30,689 nucleotides of DNA from an uncultured Nitrososphaeraceae archaeon (GTDB lineage: Archaea; Thermoproteota; Nitrososphaeria; Nitrososphaerales; Nitrososphaeraceae), in assembly GCA_963825865.1 (NCBI GenBank), contig CAWGVG010000025.1, positions 1 through 30,689 of the forward strand, written 5' to 3'. How positions within the stretch are numbered: the first letter of the stretch is position 1; every line of letters begins with the position of its first letter. The notes below the pieces were generated by a model that made no database searches, was not told the origin of the DNA, and was given only the letters and a program-made list of their open reading frames with translations. Positions 1-9,848 of the stretch are shown here, in pieces. The position numbers and the translations under genes were made by a program.

Positions 1-75
1 GAATTAATACTTAAATTCATCTACTGTTATAATATAGTAGTTGCTTTTTAGTGTCTAAAAGAGCACCATAGTTTG

Positions 76-733
76 TCATAACAGATTTCTATTTTTCATA
101 ATCTCGATAACATGTTCGTCTGTGACGGGATCAAAATTTTCATAAAATTCTCCGACTGCGTTAAAATCAAAAGGGCTTGCAACAGTCTCTACGGCACCGG
201 CTTCATGTTTAAGTATATCTACAGTTTGGGATGGGGCAACAGGAACAGCAATCATGAGAAATTTTGGTTCTTGTTTTCTTATCCACCTTGCAGTAGCAAT
301 AACCGTAGCACCAGTCGCAATACCATCATCTACCAATATTACTACTTTGTTTACAATCTTGTAATCTATCACTTTACGATATACTGCTCGCTCTGCGTTT
401 AATTTCGTTCATCTGGTCTAATTTTTCCTTCTCTAAGTATTCTGGAGGTATTCGCAGTGCTTTAACTAGGTAATCATTGAAATAAGCGGTTCCATCTTCC
501 ATAACTGCACCTATTGCAAGTTCTTTATTTGCAGGCGCTCTGAGTTTTCGCCCAATAACGATATCGAACTCAGCAGATAATTTTGTTGCTACAACATCAG
601 CTATTACTACCCCTCCCCGGGGAATTCCCAAAACAATAACATCTTCTTCTTTGTATACCATAGTACTTTTGATTGTGTTTTTTAATTTGTCAGCCAATAT
701 GTTTGCCGCGTGTATTCGGTCTTGAAATTTCAA
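76..733 (-). CDS. Phosphoribosyltransferase family protein, split by a +1 frameshift near 385-392 (probably a sequence error)
   Basis: ORF 374..733 (FQDR..A..LA, VLGIPRGGV, RKLRAP.N.ELAIGAV) joins ORF 76..372 with the PRPP-binding motif VILVDDGIATGAT and C-terminal AVGEFYENFDPV. Confidence 0.88.
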
Positions 734-813
734 TTATTAACATATCTTAGATTTTAAACTTTTTTATAGGTTTCATCATAAAGTATAAGACGAGTAACAA
801 TAGACAAATTATA

Positions 814-1323
814 TTGCGAAAACCTCAGATAGCCGTTATTGGTTATAATAAAGACAGAAGTACAGATCAGTCGAGAAATATTGCTTTTGAAGTCGGTGTA
901 GAAATAGCGCGTTCAGGTTCAGTTTTGATTTGCGGTGGCCTAGGAGGGGTTATGGAATCAGCATGTATGGGAGCCAAGGAATACAATGGTGTTACTGTTG
1001 GAATAATACCTCAAGAAGAATTTTCATTTGCCAATGAATTTTGTGACATAGTTATTTGCACTGGCATAGGCTTTGCTAGAGATTTTATTGTAGCTACCTC
1101 CTGTGATGGCATAATTGCAATTGGCGGTGGTGTCGGAACATTGATTGAATTAGGTGTAGGTTACATGATAAAAAAAATAATGGTTGCAGTATCCGGGAGT
1201 GGAGGGATCGCAGAAATGTATGGAGGTAAGTTTCTCGATGAACGTAACAGAGTCCCTATAATTGTTGCAAAGGATGCATATTCTGCGGTTCAAATAGTTT
1301 TAAATAACATAAAAAAGGATTAA
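814..1323 (+). CDS. TIGR00725 / LOG-like Rossmann-fold nucleotide-binding protein
   Basis: Motifs IAVIG, LICGGLGGVMESACMGA, TVGIIP, TGIGFARD, IGGGVGTLIE. Confidence 0.85.
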   Translation: MRKPQIAVIGYNKDRSTDQSRNIAFEVGVEIARSGSVLICGGLGGVMESACMGAKEYNGVTVGIIPQEEFSFANEFCDIVICTGIGFARDFIVATSCDGIIAIGGGVGTLIELGVGYMIKKIMVAVSGSGGIAEMYGGKFLDERNRVPIIVAKDAYSAVQIVLNNIKKD

Positions 1324-2475
1324 TGATGTTTGTAGTTGATTAAATATCTATCAGGTTCATAAAATGAACCGTATTTGACTTCCATTTCCCTCAATGACTT
1401 TACGATATTTTCGATGCCAAACTTTTCTAAAGTAGTAAACAGATCTACTTTCAATCCCATACCAAGTTTAAGTGCTTTTTCTAGATCTTTTCTGTCAGAG
1501 ATTTCGTTGGAAATAAGCCATGCTGCATTGTTAGCAGCTACTGCCACTATGTTTATTGGATTATACCTTTCAGCTTCTTCTTCTGTTAAATTAATTCGTT
1601 CGTATTTATCACCACCACCCTTATACTCATAAAATCCTTTGCCTGATTTTTGTCCAAAGTTCTTCTCATCGAATAGTTTTTTTATTTTCGGATGAGGATT
1701 AATGACCTTTTTATCCCGAGAATACATCTCTACAGTTGCTTTGTAGATTACATCAAGACCAGTATAATCTGCAAGTTCAAAAATTCCCATAGGGAAAGCC
1801 ATCTTGAACTTTACCGATGAGTCAATTTGGATCATTGAGGCTTCACCTCTATCTTGGCAGTATGCTCGCTTCATGTACTAATGGGATAAAAATTCGGTTT
1901 ACGATAAAGCCTACGACGTCCTTACGACATAACACTGGTTGTTTTCCTATGTCCTTCACAAAATCCATTGCCATATCCGTGATAGTTTGCTTGGTCATTT
2001 TACCAGGAATAACTTCAACGAGTTGCATCAATTGAGGTGGATTAAAAAAATGTAACCCTACAAACTGCTGAGGCCTAAGAGTCAATGCAGCCATTTCTGT
2101 AATTGGCAATGTGCTTGTGTTAGAAGCATAAACTGTTTTTGAGTCAGCATATTTGTCTACCTCTGTATATACTTGCTTTTTCAGAGAGATATCTTCAGGT
2201 ACTGCTTCAATGAGCAGGTCAGCATCTTTCAACGCTTGCTGGAGGTCCACTATAGGAGTAATTCGACTAAACACCTTGTCAGCATCTGTCTGCGTTAATT
2301 TTTGTTTTTCAACAAGTTTACTAAGTGACCATTTTATTTTATCCATTGCATTATTTAGAAAAGATTGCGCAACATCACGTAATGTAACATTATAACCTGC
2401 CATGGCGGAAATCTGAGCTATTCCATGACCCATTATGCCAGAACCAAGGACTGTTACTTTAGTAATTGAAGACAT
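1320..2475 (-). CDS. 3-hydroxyacyl-CoA (3-hydroxybutyryl-CoA) dehydrogenase, +1 frameshift near 1863-1869
   Basis: VLGSGIMGHGIAQ NAD-binding motif, IEAVPE, ASNTSTL, GLHFFNP, GFIVNRI; continues in ORF 1320..1874 with PMGIFELADYTGLD and GQKSGKGFYEY. Confidence 0.92.
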
Positions 2476-2549
2476 TTTTAATTAATAGGTATTGTTTATC
2501 AGGATTTTTAATTTTACTATTCACAATGAACGGCATATTTAAAACTAAT

Positions 2550-3233
2550 ATGAATTATACTATACAGTATTTGGATTTAGAACGTTTCAGCTCCGATGTA
2601 AATACCCTTTCGAGTAAAATGACAGCAGAAGAAGAATCAGAAGAAACTATTCATAGAATGAACTTCGTAAAATATCGCCTAATAGAACTCTATAAAAGAA
2701 ATATAGTAAAAATTAATCACTCTGCCATGGAGCTTGTTTGCGCTTCACACTTGATTCATTATGGTTACAGTGTTGATGTGGAAAAGCAACTTACTGATAT
2801 TCTTGTATGCGACCTTTATGCGACCAAAGGTGACGGGCAAGCAATAGTTGAAATTGAAACTGGGTTTATACCTCCTGAACATGCCCTGGATCCATTGTCA
2901 TATTATTCTGCCAGAATTGCAAGTAAAATTGCTCGCTATAGTAAATTTGCCAACCAATTTGTTCTAGCAACGCCACCAGTCAGTATCCTCCCTATTCCTA
3001 GAATATTTAGACATCCACCAAGAGCTAGAAGAAGTGAAGATGTTGAAAAGATTAAGTTGCTTTGTGATAGATACTATCGTAATCCCCCTGTAAGCTCATA
3101 TGAGATCCTAACTGGACGATTGCATATGATTTATATCATAAATATCGATGACGGAAGGGTTTTCGAGATGGACGTGGAATCTTATTTTGAAGCAATTAGC
3201 AATATGATATCAACATCAAACGCAATCCCTTGA
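2550..3233 (+). CDS. Conserved hypothetical protein with a PD-(D/E)xK-like motif; start uncertain (ATG 2550 or TTG 2571)
   Basis: Long open frame; segment GYSVDVEKQL..LVCDLYA......IVEIETG resembles restriction-endonuclease-fold motifs. The TTG at 2466 overlaps the divergent gene and is an unlikely start. Confidence 0.7.
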   Translation: MNYTIQYLDLERFSSDVNTLSSKMTAEEESEETIHRMNFVKYRLIELYKRNIVKINHSAMELVCASHLIHYGYSVDVEKQLTDILVCDLYATKGDGQAIVEIETGFIPPEHALDPLSYYSARIASKIARYSKFANQFVLATPPVSILPIPRIFRHPPRARRSEDVEKIKLLCDRYYRNPPVSSYEILTGRLHMIYIINIDDGRVFEMDVESYFEAISNMISTSNAIP

Positions 3234-3493
3234 AACTCAACTCACAACGAAATAAGGCCGGAGATCGAGTATAAGTTACAAAAGTTTTTGCATTATTAAA
3301 GTATTCAACTACTTTGTTAAATATAATAACATACATAGTCCTTTAAAATTGCTGACATATTTTCCTCAATTTCTTAAATTGCATTATTATTTATCCGAGT
3401 TAATTGATAAACAATTGATGATGATGTCTACGGTAGTACCATCATTTGTAAAAAAATTAAAATTGTCATTTATTTATTATAATCTATCATATC

Positions 3494-4000
3494 ATGAAAG
3501 CCCAAGTCCTTATGCTGAAGCAAGATGATCCCTTTAAATGTACGTCTGCTAAGCTAGTCAAGTTTGGCTTAGCCCAATCTGTAAAACATATTCCTAGATA
3601 TGCTCTGACATTAAATCCATTTAGTGAGAATTTACTTTCAAAACAAGATACAAAGATTTCAAATTTGGTGTGTGCTATCGATTGCTCGTGGGAACAGGAT
3701 AATGTTATACTAAAGCATAGATCTATCCTTATGCGGGGTTTTGGAAGACGTTTACCCCTATTGCTTGCAGCAAATCCTATAAATTATTCAAAACTAGGCA
3801 AGTTATCAACTGCAGAAGCATTGGCTGGTTCGCTGTATATTTTAGGCTATCAGCAAATGGCCAATGAATTGATGAATAAATTCAAATGGGGTCACACATT
3901 TTTGGAGTTAAACTGTAACATTTTGGAAGATTATGCTAATGCTGAAACTACAACGCAGATTACAGTAATTGAGAAAGAATATTTTCCACAATTATCTTAA
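3494..4000 (+). CDS. tsr3: 16S rRNA aminocarboxypropyltransferase Tsr3 (DUF367)
   Basis: QDDPFKCTSAKL, IDCSW, RRLPLLLAANPINYSKLGKLSTAEALA, FKWGHTFLELN are Tsr3 signatures. Confidence 0.93.
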   Translation: MKAQVLMLKQDDPFKCTSAKLVKFGLAQSVKHIPRYALTLNPFSENLLSKQDTKISNLVCAIDCSWEQDNVILKHRSILMRGFGRRLPLLLAANPINYSKLGKLSTAEALAGSLYILGYQQMANELMNKFKWGHTFLELNCNILEDYANAETTTQITVIEKEYFPQLS

Positions 4001-4026
4001 AATACCAAAGCAGATACCATGTGTAT

Positions 4027-4308
4027 TGTGAGCTAGCGCGCGGGTTACTCGAAAGAGAGGAAACTCCTCCCTCATTGCAGGCACTCGAATTAGCGATAAT
4101 TAGCTGGAGACAGCTGGCCACGAAACAGAAAAGATATCCAGCCAGCATATACTACGATGATGGTTAATAGCCTGAGATTTCTGATACTGGAATGAAACTG
4201 TCGACCCGAGTGGAGCAAGGCCAAACAGAGCATAAAGTCCTGCACTTGCTCAGGTTGGCTGCTCAGCGGAATCCCGCCTAAAACAAAAGGAGGGTTACTA
4301 CTAGCACA
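4027..4308 (+). ncRNA. rnpB: Archaeal RNase P RNA
   Basis: CR-I-like GAGGAAACTCCTCC at 4057-4070 is complementary to CR-V-like AACAAAAGGAGGGTTA at about 4282-4297 (P4). Ends tgtgagctag / ctagcaca can form P1. Internal ACAGAAA and TGAAAC motifs, a kink-turn-like GATGA..CTGA, raised GC and ~280 nt length also fit. Confidence 0.9.
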
Positions 4309-4317
4309 TAAAAAAAT

Positions 4318-4363
4318 AGCAAGGATCCCGTAGCAACAATGTTGCAAAGTGTGGATCCTTGCT
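4318..4363. repeat. Nested inverted repeat immediately 3' of rnpB
   Basis: AGCAAGGATCC (4318-4328) pairs with GGATCCTTGCT (4353-4363); internal GCAACA-A-TGTTGC (4333-4345); T-rich run follows. Confidence 0.7.
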
Positions 4364-4900
4364 TATTTTAATTAGTATAATATTTTTTACGTCTTCTACA
4401 TAATCAATCTTCAAAAATTGATTTAACAACGACGCATAATGATGTATGATGAGACATACTCAAAAGAAGCCACAGCTGTCAATTCAGCAATACTCATTTG
4501 TCTATTTTCGATTTTTAATTCATGTTTCGATGTTCAACCTTCTCTTTAATCTAAAAAACTATTATTATCTTTTTAGTATATCTATCATCATAACACTGAA
4601 GACAATATTATGAAGCAACTGATTGAAGTTATGTTAATCTCCAAGCACATATTCATTCCCGTATCAACAACTTTGATCTGTCATTCTTAGTTTATCATAA
4701 TTCGCTAGCAACTTTTCTTGTTCATCATAACCTTTTATCGATCTGAGCCATTTTTCTCTGGCGCTTATACAGAGAGTCTGATCTTTAAGTTTTCTTGATT
4801 TCTCTACCGTTACAGCCTTATCTTTCTTAATAACATTGACATTAGATCTTTGACTTTAGACACAGATACTATAAAAAGGGCAAAAAAAGAACTGTAATTA

Positions 4901-5860
4901 TTGAAAACGCTGATTTTTCCGAGCTCTCCAGAGTCTGCTAGCCTTGCAAAGATGTATGGTTATGATGAATGGTTGGTCGAAAGGTTTCTACAATACGTTC
5001 CCAATGTAAAATATTTCCTTGAGGCAATGAACAGACATTCTCAACAATACATTAGGACAAATACACTGAAAATTGATAGTAAAGATCTCAGGAGGAAGCT
5101 TGTATCAAAGGGATTTGAACTTGAAGACACTATTTTACATGATGTTTTTGCCGTTAAAAATGCATCACTGCCTACTGGTGCAACTACAGAATATTTACTA
5201 GGATATTACTACATCCAAGATCTCAGCTCCTGTATTGCAGTAGAGGAATTAGAGATAGCGGAGAATCAAACCGTTTTAGACATGGCTTCTGCCCCTGGTG
5301 GTAAGACTACTTTTATTGCTCAAAAAATGAATAATACAGGTTTAATCATTGCATTGGAACCAAACCTTATGAGGATAAGGTCAATATCATTTAATCTTGC
5401 GCGATGTGGTGTAATGAATACTTGCATTTATAAAATGAGCGGTCAGCAAGCAATTAAGCTAAATCTTAAGTTTGATCGTGTATTGTTAGACGCACCTTGC
5501 AGTTGTGAAGGCATAATTGGCAAAGACAACACTAGAAAAACAAGCCATAAACCTGAAGATATAGAATTTTGTACAATTGGTCAAATCAGCTTGATTGAAT
5601 CTGCAGTCAAGGTCGTCAAGCCAGGAGGACTGTTGATCTACTCAACTTGTTCATTTGCTCCGGAGGAAAATGAAAATATTATAAATTCACTCTTAGATAA
5701 ATTTGATATTAAAATTGAATCAATAAAATATGGTAGCGAAGGTCTGACTAGTTTTGGGGGTTTTCGCTTTAATCAATATCTAAAAAAAACAAAACGATTC
5801 TATCCCCATATTCACAATACTATAGGGTTTTATATTGCCAAGATGAGAGTAAATAATTAG
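4901..5860 (+). CDS. NOL1/NOP2/RsmB family RNA cytosine-C5 methyltransferase
   Basis: YYIQDLSS, VLDMASAPGGKT, FDRVLLDAPCSCEG and LIYSTCSFAPEENE (both catalytic cysteines present). Confidence 0.93.
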   Translation: MKTLIFPSSPESASLAKMYGYDEWLVERFLQYVPNVKYFLEAMNRHSQQYIRTNTLKIDSKDLRRKLVSKGFELEDTILHDVFAVKNASLPTGATTEYLLGYYYIQDLSSCIAVEELEIAENQTVLDMASAPGGKTTFIAQKMNNTGLIIALEPNLMRIRSISFNLARCGVMNTCIYKMSGQQAIKLNLKFDRVLLDAPCSCEGIIGKDNTRKTSHKPEDIEFCTIGQISLIESAVKVVKPGGLLIYSTCSFAPEENENIINSLLDKFDIKIESIKYGSEGLTSFGGFRFNQYLKKTKRFYPHIHNTIGFYIAKMRVNN

Positions 5861-5881
5861 AGACATATACATATATTATAT

Positions 5882-6412
5882 ATGTATAGAAAAACAACAA
5901 GGGAAGAATTAACGACTCTAAAGAGGGCATTTGACAGATGGGGTATTTTCGATTATATTAAAGACAAAGTTGTATTAATAAAAGAAGAAGAAAATAGTAA
6001 AATGAGAGAAGTTTATCTTTTGCCGATTGGGCTAGAACTAATGGTCATTAATAGTCAACCATCTTATGGAGGATTAATGGTTGGCGAAATAAAAAAAAAT
6101 TTTTTGCCTTCTATGCAGGGTGCAGATCTTATTGCTAGAGTCAGCAAAAAATTCCCATATATTACTGTCAATGAAATTGCCGAAAAATTAATTCTATATG
6201 GCAGAAACGTCCTAGGTCAGTCCATTGTTGAAACCACAGAAATGCTCAATGAAAATGAGGTCGTAATTCTTTTAAATATCAAAAGAGAGCCCATTGGTAT
6301 TGGAAAAACGAACTTTGCTGGAAAATCCTTGCGTCAGAATGGTAGGGCTACAGTTACTACACTGGTAGATGCTGGTTGTTATCTACGCGATGAAAAAAGA
6401 AGTAAGACATAA
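5882..6412 (+). CDS. Nip7-like PUA-domain ribosome biogenesis protein
   Basis: C-terminal PUA-like segment AEKLILYGRNVL...VVILLN....IGIG...LVDAGCYLRDE, directly downstream of the NOP2-family methylase. Confidence 0.78.
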   Translation: MYRKTTREELTTLKRAFDRWGIFDYIKDKVVLIKEEENSKMREVYLLPIGLELMVINSQPSYGGLMVGEIKKNFLPSMQGADLIARVSKKFPYITVNEIAEKLILYGRNVLGQSIVETTEMLNENEVVILLNIKREPIGIGKTNFAGKSLRQNGRATVTTLVDAGCYLRDEKRSKT

Positions 6413-6677
6413 AGAAAAAAGAAGATATCAATTAGTCAAATTATATACCATAGTAAATTTATCCAAACGCCAACTATAGAGTGTCTTATCAAAATATTAA
6501 GGAAAAAGATTTCCCACATTCTCTGTTGCTGCTGTTGTTTTGTTGTCATATATACAGAATTCAGTGGGAGGGCACGTCCATTTTGTCAGTGATAAAAGAG
6601 GAAATGGAGTTTTACCATAGCGTAATTTATCCGACACATAGCAATTATATAAAGTGGAATTCCATATCCATTATATA

Positions 6678-7235
6678 ATGAATATAAAGGCCATTTATGC
6701 GGCTGGTGGAGCTATTGCTGCGGTGGCCATAGTCATATTTCTAGTCATTAGTAGTGGAATTTTTGGGAATGGTAATTTTCATGGACAGGTGGGGTTTAAC
6801 CAGAATGCATTAAAAGACACACAAGCAATTAAGCTTTCAATCAAAAATATTAGTGGGAAGGCTATAGTTGGTAATAAAACTGCCAATATTCAAGTTGTTT
6901 TTAATGCATACAATCCAAATAGTGGAACAGTAATCCTAGAAGCAATATCATATAATGTCTTTGTCAACAATATTCGTTTAATTTCTAACGATATTGGAGC
7001 AAAGTTAGAAGGATTTGTAGCATCCCAAGAGGGAGTTTTTCCTGTTATAGGCAATGGTACGGTAATTTTAAAAGATACACAGGTATTACATCGAAATAAC
7101 TTGATTGCCGATAGCTGGAGTAAGATAGTCGAGGGTAAAGCGAATTATGTAGTAAATGGAACGTATTCTTACAAGCAAACTTCGAGCATACAAGCAACTG
7201 GGGAAGACAGAGCATTTAGATTGACATACCCATAA
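6678..7235 (+). CDS. Membrane-anchored LEA_2/WHy-domain protein
   Basis: N-terminal hydrophobic helix (AIYAAGGAIAAVAIVIFLVI); F.AYNPN motif then L..ISYNVFVN typical of LEA type 2; ATG 6678 preferred over GTG 6654. Confidence 0.7.
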   Translation: MNIKAIYAAGGAIAAVAIVIFLVISSGIFGNGNFHGQVGFNQNALKDTQAIKLSIKNISGKAIVGNKTANIQVVFNAYNPNSGTVILEAISYNVFVNNIRLISNDIGAKLEGFVASQEGVFPVIGNGTVILKDTQVLHRNNLIADSWSKIVEGKANYVVNGTYSYKQTSSIQATGEDRAFRLTYP

Positions 7236-7328
7236 CAACGTATGAACACTTAATATATACTCTGGATCTCCTATAACGACAACAGCTTTAAAAATCTGTC
7301 AATTTATAATTGGTGCAAAGAAGCTCTA

Positions 7329-7347
7329 ATATATATATATATATATA
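7329..7347. repeat. (AT)9 dinucleotide tract
   Basis: atatatatatatatatata read directly. Confidence 0.85.
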
Positions 7348-7901
7348 CTGACTTTCAATATATAGCCCTCTACTAGTAGTATCCATAGTTTTGGGAGCAA
7401 AGGATTTATTATATGCTATAATAGGCTATGGAAAGTATTATTAATTAAAAACTGGAATACCCTTTTCATTAGCTGACCGACCAACCAACAAACAACAACA
7501 ATAAGTTTTATCCTTTTGGCATTTATGAATGCTATTGGCTATGTGGACGTAAAGCAGAATTGAAAGTGTATACAGATTTTGGAAATATCCTACATCTATG
7601 CAAAAAATGTTATGGGATATACGATGCTTTACACAGATTAAAACCGAAGAGTAGGAGTTAATGATGGCTGAAGAGTTGGTTTGTTGTTTGTGTTCTTTTT
7701 GTGCATTTTTCATACAAATTCCATTACTTGCGCTGCAAGTTCCTTATCCAATACATCACACATTATCATTGTGAACACCCTTGTTAGTAAAAGGTATTCA
7801 GTGCCATTATTTGTCTTTCAAATAATTAAAGAATGATTTAAGCTTCAGTATAAAAAGATAAGGTAATGTTAAGCGTCTATCCTTATCCTTTTAGTTTCAT
7901 T

Positions 7902-9752
7902 CTACTTCTGGCTTAAGCCTATGGTTCCAGTATGCAACTCACCTATGTATGTAGACCAAGTTGATGTTGAATGATATTCACCTGCTACCCAAATTATAGA
8001 ATCACTTAATGGGTCAGAGGATGCTGCGAAGTAGTCACCATATCTGTTAGATAATTCATTTGTTGTTCCTAATTTCAAGGACTGTGGTTGTTCCTTTATT
8101 GAGTTAAGTTTATCATCATTAGATGATCGTGTTGAAACTAAAATACTAGGATAAATGGAGTGTGAAGAATATCCAAATATAATGCCCAAATTCCCATTAC
8201 CTCTACTTATAGAGATGGCAGGATAGTATAGAGATGAAGCAAGAGCGCCAATATCAAAGTCTTGTATGACTTTATTCGTGATAGTGTCAATCTGTATCAA
8301 GCGTATACAAGAACGACTTTTTGTGTCACCAATGATGATAAAACACCCATCATTAAATGCAAGCCAAAGTTTTCCCTGATACCAAGCAGCACTTTGTATA
8401 CGAGCATCCCCTGTGCTAACTCTAGGTTCTTCTTCTGTAGTAATCTGTTGTCTAGTAGATTGCACTACAGGCTGAATACCGTCTGGTGCTACATGGGTAT
8501 CTTGAATAACATATGACACTGTACTAATATGTAAATTGTACAGAGGTCCGTCAATATAAAAGATTTGAACGTTGTTTTGATTAAAATCACCAACAGTCGC
8601 AATTAATAATTTTGTTGTAGGGCTAAGAGCAATTACAGGGTGCAATGAAAAATAGCTGAGGTCAGGTTCAGATTGTACAGATCTGACAGATCTTCCTGAT
8701 CCACTGAGCAGATCCATTTTATCTGCAACCGTAAATTGAACTCCTCTAAATTCAGGGGATTGTTGATTATCTGAGCTCCAGTTACAATCATTACCCCAAT
8801 TATTAACAGTAACGACAAACTTATCCTCACTTAACCCAATAAAAGGCTGATCAGAGCAATTATTATTATTGGATTGAACCCCAAATGGAAAGTTGTAGAT
8901 TCTCCAAACTCCTGTCGGATCATCTGTTTTAGAGACAGCTACTCGAACACTGTGTGCAGTTATATCAGATATGGAAGCAAACCATCTTCCAGAGGCATTA
9001 TCGAACAAAAGCACTGGATCACTCATAGTAACATCCGATCCTTGTGAGTCCTTCACCGCATTAGGATTAAATAGAAATTCAAGCCCAAATGACTTTAGAA
9101 GAGTCCCATTTTTTGTATAAATCGCTCCATCAAGATTAACCATCTCTACCACATACTTTGTTCCAGCTGCTAGCTGTACATCTGGAGGAAAACAGCAGTT
9201 CTGTGCTAGGCCTTCAAACCTAGATAAAACAAGAGCAGATGTATTAAGATAATTTGATCTAGGTGATACTGGATGTTGTTGTTCGCCATGTAAACTAGTA
9301 TCAGGAGAAATACCAAAACCTGAAGAGTAAGGTTTAACTTCGAAAACCCTTGTGCTGGGTTTTATGATTTGTGATTGATTTTTAGCGGCTTTATAAGCTC
9401 CGAAATCTTTTGTTAAATATGAATCCCCTGAACTTATTCCTATAAATGGTTTAAACAAAGGCCTTTGCAAATCGCTTACAGTTACTTCTCCTAAATACGA
9501 TACCATATCAGTAGTATTGTAAGTACTTAAGATAGCACCCGCACTATGGGATTCTAACCCAGAAGAAGAGATTATGCTATTATTATCGGTACTATTTTTA
9601 AAAGATCCAAATGATTCAAGCGGAGATATTGAAGTATCGCTATATACAAACATACCAACGGCATAATTTGAAGGAAAAATTGAGATTATTGTTATGAGTA
9701 ACACTATAGGATTTGTAATGATATAACTACAACGTGGATCGCTTGTCTCCAT
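7902..9752 (-). CDS. Large secreted uncharacterised beta-rich (propeller-like) protein; likely start ATG 9752
   Basis: Hydrophobic signal-like segment IVLLITIISIFPSNYAVG; motifs PPDVQLAAG..YVVEMVN, SDPVLLFD..SGRWF, VAVSKTDDPTGVW, DQPFIG, YYPAISI, RYGDY, WVAGEY; TATAAAAA on the minus strand ~30 nt upstream. Confidence 0.75.
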   Translation of the reverse strand: METSDPRCSYIITNPIVLLITIISIFPSNYAVGMFVYSDTSISPLESFGSFKNSTDNNSIISSSGLESHSAGAILSTYNTTDMVSYLGEVTVSDLQRPLFKPFIGISSGDSYLTKDFGAYKAAKNQSQIIKPSTRVFEVKPYSSGFGISPDTSLHGEQQHPVSPRSNYLNTSALVLSRFEGLAQNCCFPPDVQLAAGTKYVVEMVNLDGAIYTKNGTLLKSFGLEFLFNPNAVKDSQGSDVTMSDPVLLFDNASGRWFASISDITAHSVRVAVSKTDDPTGVWRIYNFPFGVQSNNNNCSDQPFIGLSEDKFVVTVNNWGNDCNWSSDNQQSPEFRGVQFTVADKMDLLSGSGRSVRSVQSEPDLSYFSLHPVIALSPTTKLLIATVGDFNQNNVQIFYIDGPLYNLHISTVSYVIQDTHVAPDGIQPVVQSTRQQITTEEEPRVSTGDARIQSAAWYQGKLWLAFNDGCFIIIGDTKSRSCIRLIQIDTITNKVIQDFDIGALASSLYYPAISISRGNGNLGIIFGYSSHSIYPSILVSTRSSNDDKLNSIKEQPQSLKLGTTNELSNRYGDYFAASSDPLSDSIIWVAGEYHSTSTWSTYIGELHTGTIGLSQK

Positions 9753-9848
9753 CTTATCATAGTATACCACCCCAGGTATTTTTATATGCCATTTTACATT
9801 TAACTGGAATAATTGCCCTGTTATACAAGCTATGATTACCACGAAATA

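Noticed and set aside
385-1869. Programmed frameshift at the shared heptamer TGCTCGC/GCGAGCA in two genes
   Set aside because: Not a slippery sequence, only two cases, and the same heptamer occurs at 2930 (opposite orientation relative to its gene) in an intact ORF. Sequencing error is the simpler explanation.
4090-4347. Minus-strand ORFs 4090..4347 and 3960..4148
   Set aside because: Antisense to the RNase P RNA and tsr3 end; no protein-like features.
4600-4865. Minus-strand fragment beginning VSKVKDLMS (CBS-like)
   Set aside because: Similarity limited to a few residues, with stops and frameshifts; unsupported.
7441-7713. ORFs 7441..7713, 6481..6678, 10423..10731, 10815..11072, 16361..16564 and 25633..25845
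   Set aside because: Atypical composition, overlaps with better-supported features or no motifs; probably spurious.
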